From: Spirogloea muscicola
Lineage: Eukaryota
Reading direction: 5' to 3'
Length of the DNA: 47,408 bases
Assembly: GCA_009602725.1 (NCBI GenBank)
Contig: WELB01000012.1
Coordinates: 653,235-700,642 of the forward strand
A program made the position numbers and the translations under genes. Below are positions 25,827 to 37,247 of the stretch, in pieces (positions within the stretch are counted from its first letter, which is position 1; each line of letters begins with the position of its first letter). The notes beneath the pieces were generated by a model that saw only the letters and a program-made list of their open reading frames with translations, had not been told where the DNA came from and made no database searches.

Positions 25827-28800
25827 ATGATGGCTGCAGATATCGCTGCCGCTCTGGCAGCCGGCCAGGTGAGCTGCCGCCAGGAGGCCCGCAGTGCCGG
25901 AAGCCAGCGCTTGCGGTGGCCGGACCTCGCCCGATCGGAGACGTACAGCTCCAGAAGGCAGTGCACATTTGGTGGCAGCCTCAGGCCAGTCGCTTGTGTA
26001 GCCTCCCCTTTGGCAACCAGCCAGCCCAGCCAGGTGATCAGGGGACACTTAGAATGTCACCCTGCAACCTCTCACTAAGTCAAGAGTTACACTGTGGTAC
26101 TTACCTGCCTCGTCCTGTCAAACCAGCTGCTCCTGCTATGACCATCGATTGACCCAAGCCTTGCCATAAGAAAGAGCAATCTGCATTTGCGAATGTTCAA
26201 GGAGAGGCAGAAGTTGGTGCTAACTGGATCACGTGAGAAACTTCCTAATCAGCTCGCAGCCCGTCTAAACCTTCCCGAATTTGCCTCTTATCTTAGGCAT
26301 CCGCTCGAGTGTGCCAAACAGCAATGAAAGGCACTCAGAATTTTGGCGTGTCTGTAGATGAGACTCAGGAGGACCAGGTCAGTTCTATTTGGAAGCAACT
26401 GTGATATGCCTTGGCCAGAGTTGCTTCTAGCTTGGCTCTAATGGACTTCAGCTTAAATCTACTGCGGAGGATATGGTGCATAGGCTTCCTCAATCTGGCT
26501 TACTTGGATGGCATTGACGATAGCAATGCTGGCTTGCAGGCTACTATTGGTGATGGCGGCAGTCGTGGAAATGGATCTGCAAGCGATGTGGAGACATTGA
26601 CAGTTTCTGTCATCTCGTCCATTTTCCTCATCTCACCCGAGGAGTGGGATGCATGCGCCAAGTCAGCAGCTGGTTCAAGCTCGTTCAACCCCTTCATTTC
26701 CCATGCTTTCCTTGGAAGCCTGGAGGAGAGCAAGAGTGCGTGTCAGGTCAGTGTGAAAGTGGGTGGTGCTTATGTTGCCTGCTGCTCGATGAGATATATT
26801 GACGATCCACAGCATCCAATAAGCTTGCAGATTAAAGACTACATGGTCGAGTAGTAGTATGTCTGTAGATATATGCTTTCTGCTTGTTCAAGGATGCTCA
26901 TCAGCACTACCACTCGATAGTACTTGAGAAAGTTAGCCCACAGCAATGCCATTTGCTAGCTCTTGAAGACTTTTTTGTGCCACAGGGAGAAGGCTGGTTG
27001 CCACAGCATCTTGTTGCTAAAAGTGAGTCTGGAGAGGTTCAAGGAGTAATACCTCTTTACCTTAAAAGGTAACTTTGCAGGTCCATGAACAGCAATTGCT
27101 AATCAAGGCCTTCTTTGAGGCTATCATTTGTGCTCTAGAAGACCACAGCGTGATTACTTGACAAATGATTTTCTCAATGCAGCTTCACTTCTCTCAGCTC
27201 CATTGAGCTTTCAATTGGCCTCTGAATTGTCTGTTGCCTGCCACTGTTGCCTGCCAGTCATTCATATGGCGAATATGTGTTTGATCACTCTTGGGCCAAT
27301 GCCTTCATGCGGTATGGACGGGCCTACTATCCAAAGCTGCAGTCCTGTGTACCATTTACACCTGCCACAGGACCCAGACTTTTGATCAAAAGAGGGCCAT
27401 ACTATGCAGCTGTCTTCAATGGCCTGTGCACAGCAATGAAGCAATTGGCTGAGCAAGTAAGGCTGGCCTCTCCTACCAGTAATTAGCCTGTACATTTCAC
27501 GTCAATCAGCTTGTGAACAAGCGTATGTGGAGGCACTAAAACCTGCTTTGACAAAATTAAGAAGTTCCAATGCATGCAGTTTGGTGTATCGTCCCTTCAT
27601 GTGACTTTTCCTACAGAGGAAGAGTGGACGGGCATGGGAGACTCTGACTTTCTAAAGAGAATGGGTGTTCAATATCACTGGTCCAATCATGATTATCAGA
27701 CGTGAGTTTCTCTTCCTGGACTCGGTTGGTCGTTTTTGATGCATTAAACTGTTTGCTTATTACTCAGTCAGTCGTGGTTAGTTCCTCGAATCAATTGCTG
27801 CTCTACAAGGATGACAAATCGTGCAACATCATATTTCACCTTTGATTGTACAGGTTTGACGACTTCCTGATGGACCTCAAGCAGTCCAGAAGGAAGTCAA
27901 TCCGGCAGGAGCGTAAGAAGGTGCTTACTCAAGGGGCTATGCTAGGTTGATCACGGGCAGTCCATATCGTAAAGTCTGCTTAGTGCAGCTCGTGTGTCAG
28001 GCGGGCTTTGTCACCAAGGCTTGATCAAGTTGCCATGGGCACGCAAGAAACAGGCGTGTGCTTCACAGTGTGGCCGTGATTGACATGGTGGTTGCTGCTT
28101 CAGGTCCTTCAGACACAGGCCTTGAAATTGAGGCGATTGAGAGGTGATGACATAAAGGTGAGCTGCAAGCTCACAAAGTACCTGACGATTTGTTATGTGT
28201 ATTGATCCTTGCCAAACTTCTAAATTTGCGACCTCAAGGTGAGGGACACCATCTACTTGCGGTCTAGACTACAGCTTCTGTGCAATAAGCACGTCCAGGG
28301 TATTGGGCTTCTACCTTCTGTGAAAGGCAGGCAGGCTTTGAAGCTTACACCAGTTTGAAGCTTACACCGGTCTTTTATATGCAGCCATATCACTGGGATA
28401 CTTTCTACCAGTTCTACAGAAACACCACTGATCACAAGTGAGCAATGCTCGCTCTATGCTCCATGTGATGATCACTGTCTGCTATTTGATACCATAACCG
28501 CAAATTGTACTGTGGATACAGCCTATAGTACTTGTACATTGACCTTAACTACCTCATACGGACCTACTTGATGTAATGCAGGTGGGGACAAGCTTACTTG
28601 ACCAGAGAGTTCTTTCACATGATTGGTGAGAGAATGGGTGATCAAGTGCTTTTGGTAGCTGCTGAGGATGATGGTCAATTGGTGGCCGGAGCCCTAAACC
28701 TTATTGGAGGCGACACTCTCTTTGGAAGAAATTGGGGTTGTCTGCCCCGAAGCTACTATCCGAACCTGCACTTTGAAGCATGCTACTACCAGGTATGTCA

Positions 28801-29462
28801 TGGAAAAGCTGACTTCAGAAATGGCTTGCACTCCCTCATATTCTGGCCACAGCCTCAAATCCTGGCCATGGCAACTCGCCTCCTGGACTTCTCATGGCGT
28901 GCAGTTAACATGATGTATATTGATACTCCCCAAGAAATACGTGTCATACAGGCGATTGATGCTGCCATTGAGTGGAAGCTCAAGAAGGTCGAGGCTGGTG
29001 CTCAGGGTGAACACAAGATTCAGAGAGGCTACCTGCCGTCACCTACTTACAGCTGTCACTACATTTGTGATGACCAGCTCAGTATTGCTATAGGAGACTT
29101 CCTTCGGCGCGAGGCTGTGCAGGTGCACGTCTTTCTCATACAGGGCTGTGCTTCTGCACTATTTTCCATTGCAGACCACCATTGAAATTTTCCGCGCACT
29201 CTTTCAGAAGAAACGCGGATGTTACTTGTCAAGGCTCTTGGTATGCTGCTCATCAAGCTAGATATGCAGATCCTAAGATTTACCCTTGAGATGACTGTTA
29301 TAGGTTCATAATGGATGCTTCAATCTGACATTGTGCAATTGCCATAATGACATGTGTATGCAGGTCAAGCTAACATTGAGTTTATTGACAGAGCAAGCCA
29401 ATCCATACAAGGAGGGGATAATAGAGAAAGCCAACTGCTTTAAGGAGGGGTCTGTGGCGTAG
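25827..29462 (+). CDS. DUF482 / FemAB-like (peptidoglycan-synthesis-related annotation) GNAT-fold acyltransferase with probable organellar transit peptide
   Basis: Motifs NPFISHAFLGSLEES, GWLPQHL, PLYLKSHSYGEYVFDHSWA, YYPKLQSCVPFTPATGPRLL, VQYHW, FDDFL, GALNLIGGDTLFGRNWG, LHFEACYYQ, VEAGAQGEHKIQRGYLP, NPYK. All introns traced are GT-AG and in phase, and the stop is TAG 29460-29462. The start at 25827 and the Ala/Ser/Arg-rich N-terminus are less certain. Confidence 0.88.
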
Positions 29463-31085
29463 CTTATACTTCTGCCTACCTACATACATTCTTATCAACT
29501 GCCATTCATAGCCAGGTTACATCTGGGCGAGTGTACATACACAGCAGTTGAACATTGATGACAAGGACAGCATTTGCGAGCTCTTTGCCATGCAGCACGG
29601 GGCATGTCATTGCTCTGCAGGTATTACTAGACCTGCTGTCGTTTCGTTCTAGTATGCCAGAATATATGTAGATAAGAAAACTTTACTTTGTGCAGCTTCA
29701 GATTTTTGCCCTCGCAAAGGCGAAGGAGTCAGGACATGCCTTCATTGACAGCTGCAGGACACAACAAAAAACATGCCTGCAATTGAAGCTTAAACTGCGA
29801 GATCAAACGGCGCAGACTTGGCTCCAAGAAACTCACATTTTCAAGTCATGGTAATGTTGAGCAAGCCCTTTGTGTTGCTGACTGCAGCTTCATGCGAAGT
29901 AGTTTGTATAAATGAGTTCAGGGTCTTCGTATCCTGTATAGAGTGACTCATCCATGGGGATACTTCGCAGCCGAATTACAACTAAACTTCAGCTTGCTGT
30001 AAAGGCAATCATTCTCATGATCAATGCACAATGACCACAACGATTGTAATTACACCACTACATTGTGCATAGCACTATTTGGAGAGGAGCAACGCCAGCA
30101 TCAATCTGGCATGCCGAAGTGAAGGGCAACGACAGTGCAGGGCCAAGGGATACTCGTATTCCAGGAAGAATGCACCTCAACAGAGCAGTGCAGTCACAGC
30201 AGACAGACACATGTTGGCTGACCAGCACAAGTGCCTCCAATCAGCTCGCCGATGCTCAGTTGCCGGCTGGCCACAAGCACAGCCTGAGCTGGCATGGAAA
30301 ATCCATTCCAGCTGACACCGTCACACTTTGATGGCAGCAACACAATGTCATGGGGCAAACTTGGCTTCTATGAGGTGGTGATACATGCGCGTAAGGTCTT
30401 GGAGGAATGGGTGCAGGCAGGCTTCAAAGCTGGAGGCACCACGTGTAAAGGCAGGGAGACCGGCTCTGCTGCTTGACCTCTTCGGCCAGCCATCTCATCA
30501 CACCCGGATCTGCAAGCTATCACATCACATCAGAGGCGCCCAGCTAGCTGCGAGCAACGGCATGGCGATCACATATTGCTGCAGCTCTGTGTGAATAATA
30601 AGCTCAAAATGACAAGGATGCAGGATAATAAATGAGACAGGCAGCCTATGCGTAAGTGGTAGGGAATTGTGGGCTTGTGTGTCCTACATATGGATTTTGC
30701 AATTTAGAATGCACGCTTATGCCAGGGGCCCTTGTGCATGCTCAGCAATAGCCAGGCCTCTGTAGCTGCCTCTACTGTAGGTTAGAATAGCTGGACAAGG
30801 AGTGGGAGCGCTGCCTACCTTCTTTGACACAAAGCATGTCTATTCGTCTCTGGCGTGCTGCCTGCAGTCCAATTCCGCTCTTCATCCTGGAGCCAATCAA
30901 GGTGATCAATTGCATGAGTTCTGTGAATCACCTGGGATCTCTTCATCATGGTCACAAGCTCGAAATGTAGGCAAGATGGAAGCCAAAATGCTGTGCTCAT
31001 AGTTACCTGGTAAGGACAACTCATGAGTGGACCTTTCCACCACGGTTCTGGATGTGTGATCAGACTCACGCAGGTGTGGTCAAAG

Positions 31086-32660
31086 TCACTGAATATTCTG
31101 GCCAGAAACCGAAGTGGGCCCTGCAGCTGCCGAGTAGTCCACAAGCTGCGGGCCCAGGCGGTGGTGCATCGAGGTGCGGCTGTCACGCACAGCAGCGTCT
31201 GGTAATGTCCCACTCGCCACAGCGGCAACCGCCGCAGCATTTAAAGACTGCATCCAGACGGAGCCCTCTGCAGTTGCGCCAGCCAGCAATCGACCCTTGT
31301 ACCGCGGTACGGCCTTGAGCGGCGGCTGGCAGCTGATGTAGTGGATCTTGCGTAGTAGCCTATGATCGAGGATTGGCACGGCCTCTGGTGGCATGTCGCC
31401 GCCGTCCGCCGGCAGTGCCAGCGTAGCAATCTTTGCGCCAGCAGCCGCAGCGATGGCTTTGAGGTCCACCTGCAGCGGCGCACAGCCGTTGGGCGGCTGT
31501 CGACCGCCGCCACCTCCATCCCGCGCAGCACTCAACAGGTAACGACGGGACGACTTGGCAATGCCGCTCCCGATGCCACGCACGCCGCCACCTCGGTCAG
31601 GCCTCGCCGGACTGCCACCACTGCCACCAGTACCGCCGCTCCCGCCGCCGCCAGGCAAGCTCGCATTCAAGACCATCTGCTGGCATGGCTTTGGAGGGAG
31701 CAGGGAGTCCTGGCCCGGGCGCGACCCAACTCTTGGCTGCCGGAGAAAACTTCGATCTATTTAGTAACACTGGGATAGCACTTGCTAATACTGGTAGAGA
31801 TAGTAAAAGCAGATTGGGTAAGATGAGAGCTTTCTTTATGGTGCTCCTGCAGGCAGCAGGAGCAGAATGGGCGACGAAGTTGAAGACCCAAAAGGCAGGA
31901 CGGTGGTACGAGCAAGGAAGCTTCGAATTTGGCAATGGGCTCTCACGGCCGGCAAGGTGGTGCTCCGGGCCCGCTTGTGCTCCCGCTCGTCCTCGTCGGC
32001 GTCGTCGCTGTCGGCGGCACCCTCCGCGCGGGCCAACCGGAGCCTCCTAGTCCTGCCGGTTGCAGTCATGGCAGCCAGTCGCCCAAGTTCAGGCAATGGC
32101 GGCCAGTCTTTGTGACACCAGCTGCGGCTTCACCTCAGCAGCGAGCACAAAGTGCGGCGAACTATGTAGTTGGCTATGTAGTCGGCTACTTCATTTCTGC
32201 CACTAGCCGCATAATGGAATATATCATAAACATCCATAATACTAACCAGCTGCACATTGAGCACTAGAGGTGAATGATTATTTCGAGAAGAAGTGCTGAA
32301 TCTTAAGACTGGCTCATGGGACTTCGCCGCAAGCGGCAACGGCGGCGGCAGCGGCGGGGCCGACCTCGTGGTGCAGCCGTGGTCGTCGATGTGCCAGCCG
32401 CAGGGCGCGAGGACGCAGCGCAGGACGGCGAAGTCGTCGAGCGCGGCCGCGGCGCCCGGCGCGAAGCCCTCCCAGCGGCGCAGGCCCAGCACGACGTTGG
32501 CTATGCGCGTCGCCAGCGGCGGGAGCGCCTCGCCCGCCGCCGCCGCGGCGGGGCCGTCTGCTGCGGATGGCAGCCGTTCGCCCATGCCGAAGTCGCCGAC
32601 CCCCGCAGGCTCACATGCCAGCAGGCCGGCTTCGGCGGCTGCAGCAGCAGCGGCGGCGGC
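31086..32660 (-). CDS. Hypothetical spliced protein, 5' end in the assembly gap and 3' end uncertain
   Basis: Three GC-rich exons (<32660-32365, 32121-31947, 31676-~31086) join through canonical GT-AG sites in compatible phases (2, then 0) without stops. No family is confidently recognised. Confidence 0.5.
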
Positions 32661-33383
32661 NNNNNNNNNNNNNNNNNNNNNNNNNNNNNNNNNNNNNNNN
32701 NNNNNNNNNNNNNNNNNNNNNNNNNNNNNNNNNNNNNNNNNNNNNNNNNNNNNNNNNNNNNNNNNNNNNNNNNNNNNNNNNNNNNNNNNNNNNNNNNNNN
32801 NNNNNNNNNNNNNNNNNNNNNNNNNNNNNNNNNNNNNNNNNNNNNNNNNNNNNNNNNNNNNNNNNNNNNNNNNNNNNNNNNNNNNNNNNNNNNNNNNNNN
32901 NNNNNNNNNNNNNNNNNNNNNNNNNNNNNNNNNNNNNNNNNNNNNNNNNNNNNNNNNNNNNNNNNNNNNNNNNNNNNNNNNNNNNNNNNNNNNNNNNNNN
33001 NNNNNNNNNNNNNNNNNNNNNNNNNNNNNNNNNNNNNNNNNNNNNNNNNNNNNNNNNNNNNNNNNNNNNNNNNNNNNNNNNNNNNNNNNNNNNNNNNNNN
33101 NNNNNNNNNNNNNNNNNNNNNNNNNNNNNNNNNNNNNNNNNNNNNNNNNNNNNNNNNNNNNNNNNNNNNNNNNNNNNNNNNNNNNNNNNNNNNNNNNNNN
33201 NNNNNNNNNNNNNNNNNNNNNNNNNNNNNNNNNNNNNNNNNNNNNNNNNNNNNNNNNNNNNNNNNNNNNNNNNNNNNNNNNNNNNNNNNNNNNNNNNNNN
33301 NNNNNNNNNNNNNNNNNNNNNNNNNNNNNNNNNNNNNNNNNNNNNNNNNNNNNNNNNNNAAAAAAAAAAAAAAAAAAAAAAAA
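32661..33383. other. Assembly gap (N 32661-33359) followed by a 24-nt poly-A
   Basis: Run of N flanked by GCN-trinucleotide-rich sequence. Confidence 0.99.
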
Positions 33384-33450
33384 CACCGCCGCCGGCGGCG
33401 GCGGCGGCGCGGAGCCGCTGCGGTTGCCGCCGGGCGAGCGCGTCGCTTCC

Positions 33451-34684
33451 ATGGGCTGGCTCACCGAGTCCTCCGTCATGCCCAAGCGCAAGCGGCTGAT
33501 CGAAGGCGTCGGCGCGGCCTCCGCGCTCGAGCTCCGGGCGCAGCTCTACCAGTCCCAGGAGGACGCCCGCCGCCGCGCCGCCGACGGCGGCGCCGACGAC
33601 GACGACCAGCGCCGCCGGACCCGCACGCCGTATGCTGGCAAGAACCCTGGCGTGGAGGCCCGCGCCCACCGGTATGGCCTCGGCCCCTGCCGCCTCTCCC
33701 GCCTGTGTCGCTTTTCCTAAGGAGTCAGACGGCCCCACCGCACCATTGCCGCCTATCAACCTCTGCACAGGAGCCTGCAAGTCGTATAGCACCTTAGGGG
33801 TCTGGCATGGATCCTGGGATTGGTCCTGAAGCGCTCGTGCCGGGGCACTGGTGCATGAGCTCTTGCAGCGACAGGCTGCAGCTGAAGCCGACTGACGGCA
33901 GCAACGTCTACGCCGCGCTGGAGCGCAAGGCCGCGCTGTACGAGAAGCTGCAGCGTGGGGAGGCCCCGGACGAAGAGGAGAAGGAGAAGTACAGGTGAGA
34001 TGGCGCGACACCTTATGGCCAGCGGGCTTTAGTGACACAAAACTGACTCTGATGGCTGTTTGCTTGTCTGTCCACTGCAGCATCTGCTGTGTCACAAGTC
34101 GCCAGTGTGGGGCTCTCATGCTGACTGCCTGTGCCGTGCCGACTGCACGTCCTGTATCAAATTGGTTGCTGGCAGTGTGGATTTCCTTCGAAAGGGCACG
34201 CTGGAGGAGGAGCGTGCGGAGATGGACGCCGAGCGCGACGGCGGCGGAGCGGGCGCAGGGGAGGCGCTCCGAGCGGACCTCGACCTGCGAACAGTGTCTG
34301 AGGCAGCTCTGCGGGGCGCTGAGCTCGCGCGTGTGGGGGCAAGCGCAGAGCACAAGCAGTTTGTGCGGTACGTTGGTGAGGGACATGGCATGCCAGTGGG
34401 AGAGGGGTTTCGTGCAGCATGTCTAGCCTTGCGCTAGGACTGTGCGCGGCTGCTGATTATCCTGTTGCAGGTACTGACCCTACAGCTCTCATCTCTTCAG
34501 GGAGGTCAATGCCGAGACACGTACAGCAAGGGAGAAGGCGCAGCTGCTCCGCATGCGACGGCAACAGCAGGCGCAGAAGCGGCAGGAGAAGCTGAAGCTT
34601 GCTTTCATCAAGAAGCAGGCGGAGACGATCCTTGCGGCAAGGAAAGGCCGTGGCCAAGTGGCCAAAGAACTTGCAACTTCATGA
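33451..34684 (+). CDS. CCDC174-like / DUF4078 coiled-coil protein (plant At4g18257-like)
   Basis: MGWLTESSVMPKRKRLIEGVGAASALELRAQLYQSQE, KNPGVEARA, YAALERKAALYEKL, EKYSVDF, REVNAET...KLKLAFIKKQ. Four exons with GT-AG introns, stop TGA 34682-34684. The true start may lie further upstream, in the gap. Confidence 0.8.
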
Positions 34685-35086
34685 CGTGTATGCGTGACAA
34701 GATTCATGTATTGACAACCAAACGCCTACTCCAGAGAATGCAAAGACTACAGCATGCAGGAGTGGCACAGACTGCAATCCTCAATGCTTCTTCAGGTGCT
34801 TGCCCAACAATGTCACAGTAGCAGTCACCTATAGGACAGAACACCCGCTACAGCTTCCAGGGGAGTGCATAGCTTATATCTAACCTCCCTCAATGACAAC
34901 TATGCCGGTCAGAAGCAAGCCTTTACTGCAAAGTTGCCAACCCTAGTCAGCAAGATGCCAGTCGATTGAAGGCGAGGCTGGAATGGGCAGAAGGCTCCTT
35001 GCTTGCGCATGCATGCAGCAAGTCCATCAGGCTCAGATTGAGCTCCAAAGCAGCTGAATGTCTCTTAGATGCACATGGGCCGATCT

Positions 35087-36275
35087 CTACGCCTCTGGGG
35101 CAAGCTTCTTCAGTTCCCGCTTGACGATGCGACTCCTCTGCACAATCGAACAGAGCACAATTCAGGGGTCGGCCTTGGGCGATGCACTTGGGCTAGAGCT
35201 AGTCATGCTCTAATACTGTCATCCAACATGGCTGACTTGCAAGTAGTCAACAGAGGTGCTCGAGCTCATATCGCATCAATGGTCATTTCGCCAGCCAAAG
35301 TGCAGGTAATACTGCCAACACTGTCAGCAACGCCTTGACGGCCAGTCCAGACAACGACTTAAGGACACATGAAAGCTCTCACCTTCACTTTGGCGACCAT
35401 GACCTGGAAACGCTCAAAGTCCGTGAGTGCTGCCCTCCGCTTCTGCACCTCCAGCTTCCGGCCCCAGGAGCTAGCCGCCCATTTGCCCGTGATGTCTGCG
35501 CCCGGGCCCCACCGTGCATCGCACCCACACGTCTCATGCACTTGTCCCAGCTCCGGAGCGTAGGTGGCGCTCAGACCCCGCGATCAAGCACCTTGCTGTC
35601 TGGCTAAACGGGCCAGACTCTTGCAGCACTGCCCCACAAGCGCCCAACGAGCGCCAGTTTCCAGGCACCAAGAGAGCACCCAGCTATCGCAGACGGCACA
35701 GAATGCTATGCCGAGGTTACCAGAGCACCCAAAGGCCGCAGGCAGGGTCCGCTCACCAGCGCTCTCCATGGCGGCCGCGAGCTCCTTCTTCCGTGGCAGC
35801 CGGTTTACCTCGACCTTGATGTCCGTCAGCGACAACCGCTTGAAGTTGATCTGCTTCCGCGTCATGTCCGGCGCGTCCACCAGCGCCTGCAGCGGCCGCA
35901 CAGCTCGCTTGATGGGGCGTGTACATCTTCAGCAGCTGACACTAATATTATAACTGGAAGCTGACAAGCTGCAAGTACTCCACCAGAGACAAGGAGCAGC
36001 ACTGGCGCTCGACTGGGGGGCTATTGCTATCTAGGTGCTGAGAAGCGGGACCATCAAGGTCAATGCTGCGGCGGCATCGCACTCTGTTCTGGTCGACGAC
36101 GTCGACGATGACGACGAGGCGGCCGCAGTCGGGGCCGTAGTTCACGAGAGCCACGCGGCCAATCTCCACGAAGCGCCGGAACACCTGCAGGAGCGCAAGG
36201 AGGGTGAGGGCCCCACGTGGTGGCGACAGAGCCCGGACCGCCGTCGCGCCGTGCGGAGGAGAGGGCGCTCACCAT
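35087..36275 (-). CDS. RPL14: 60S ribosomal protein L14 (eL14); exons 36275-36273, 36184-36083, 35886-35757, 35495-35383, 35137-35087
   Basis: The spliced product reads [59 protein letters not shown]...|[54 protein letters not shown]. All introns are GT-AG and in phase. Confidence 0.97.
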
Positions 36276-36286
36276 GGTGCCGGCCC

Positions 36287-36317
<31 letters not shown>

Positions 36318-36340
36318 AGTGGCAGTGGCGGCGGCGACGG

Positions 36341-36548
36341 NNNNNNNNNNNNNNNNNNNNNNNNNNNNNNNNNNNNNNNNNNNNNNNNNNNNNNNNNNNN
36401 NNNNNNNNNNNNNNNNNNNNNNNNNNNNNNNNNNNNNNNNNNNNNNNNNNNNNNNNNNNNNNNNNNNNNNNNNNNNNNNNNNNNNNNNNNNNNNNNNNNN
36501 NNNNNNNNNNNNNNNNNNNNNNNNNNNNNNNNNNNNNNNNNNNNNNNN
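36341..36548. other. Assembly gap (208 N)
   Basis: Run of N between the RPL14 5' region and kinesin exon 2. Confidence 0.99.
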
Positions 36549-37043
36549 GCGAGAAGGCAGCAGTGATAGCCCTGCAGGCAGGCGTCCGTGATGGGCTTGC
36601 CAACTGCCGTAAAGATTACCTCCTACACAAAGGCAGCCACGGCGCGGCAAGAAGGCAGAGAAGGCCGTCACACCGCGCAGGCTTTATGGCTACAGCAAGG
36701 TGACAGCTGTTGCTCTCAGTCGCAATGCCCGGACGACGCAGTATCACAAGGACCAAAGTCCTGGGCTGGAGGCAGGAGCAGCCCGGACCAGGCCTCGTTG
36801 CCGTTGCCGATGAAGCCGCTAGCGCACGAACCAGGCGTGAGGAGCCCGACGGTACCTGCGAGAGGCCCTCGTCGGCAACGTGGTCGAAGGTGAAGAGCTT
36901 CGGGGCGGGCCGCAGGTTGAGCTGCAGCGTCTTGCCGCAGGGCCCGACGAGCATGCCCTTGGTGTATCCCTGCTCCCGCTCGCGCTCGTTGGGAGGCCGG
37001 ATGCGCACCACCACCTGCACGTTGCTGTTGGCGCCGGCGCCTG

Positions 37044-37074
<31 letters not shown>

Positions 37075-37179
37075 GGCGATGCCGCCAGCGTGACCGAGCC
37101 TCGCAGGGCGGCCCCGCCGGCGCCGCCTTTGCATGGACCTCTCGCGCTCCGAGCCACCAAACCCTCCCTCCGCCGCCAT
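36549..37179 (-). CDS. Kinesin motor protein (kinesin-12-like N-terminus), only first two exons visible, truncated at the gap
   Basis: Exon 1 (to 36856) reads NVQVVVRIRPPNERE...KLFTFDHVADEGLSQ. After a GT-AG intron, exon 2 (36622-36549) reads EVIFTAVGKPITDACLQGYHCCLL(A), which immediately precedes the expected YGQTGxGKT P-loop. Candidate ATGs are 37203, 37179 and 37134. Confidence 0.85.
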
Positions 37180-37215
37180 CGCCGCCGGCACTGACGCCGG
37201 CATTGCCCCCGACGA

Positions 37216-37247
<32 letters not shown>

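Noticed and set aside
3549..28370. Short tandem duplications (12 bp at ~3549, 21 bp at ~8445, 17 bp at ~28336)
   Set aside because: Ordinary slippage duplications with no further structure.
33360..33383. Poly-A (and terminal poly-T at 47287-47408) as retroposon tails
   Set aside because: Both sit exactly at contig ends and cut into GC-rich coding frames, with no TSD or element body. Most likely sequencing artefacts.
32130..34386. Long ORFs of 310-591 aa in the ORF track
   Set aside because: They run through N and poly-A and are artefacts of the gap. The same applies to ORFs across 36341-36548 and 40466-41431.
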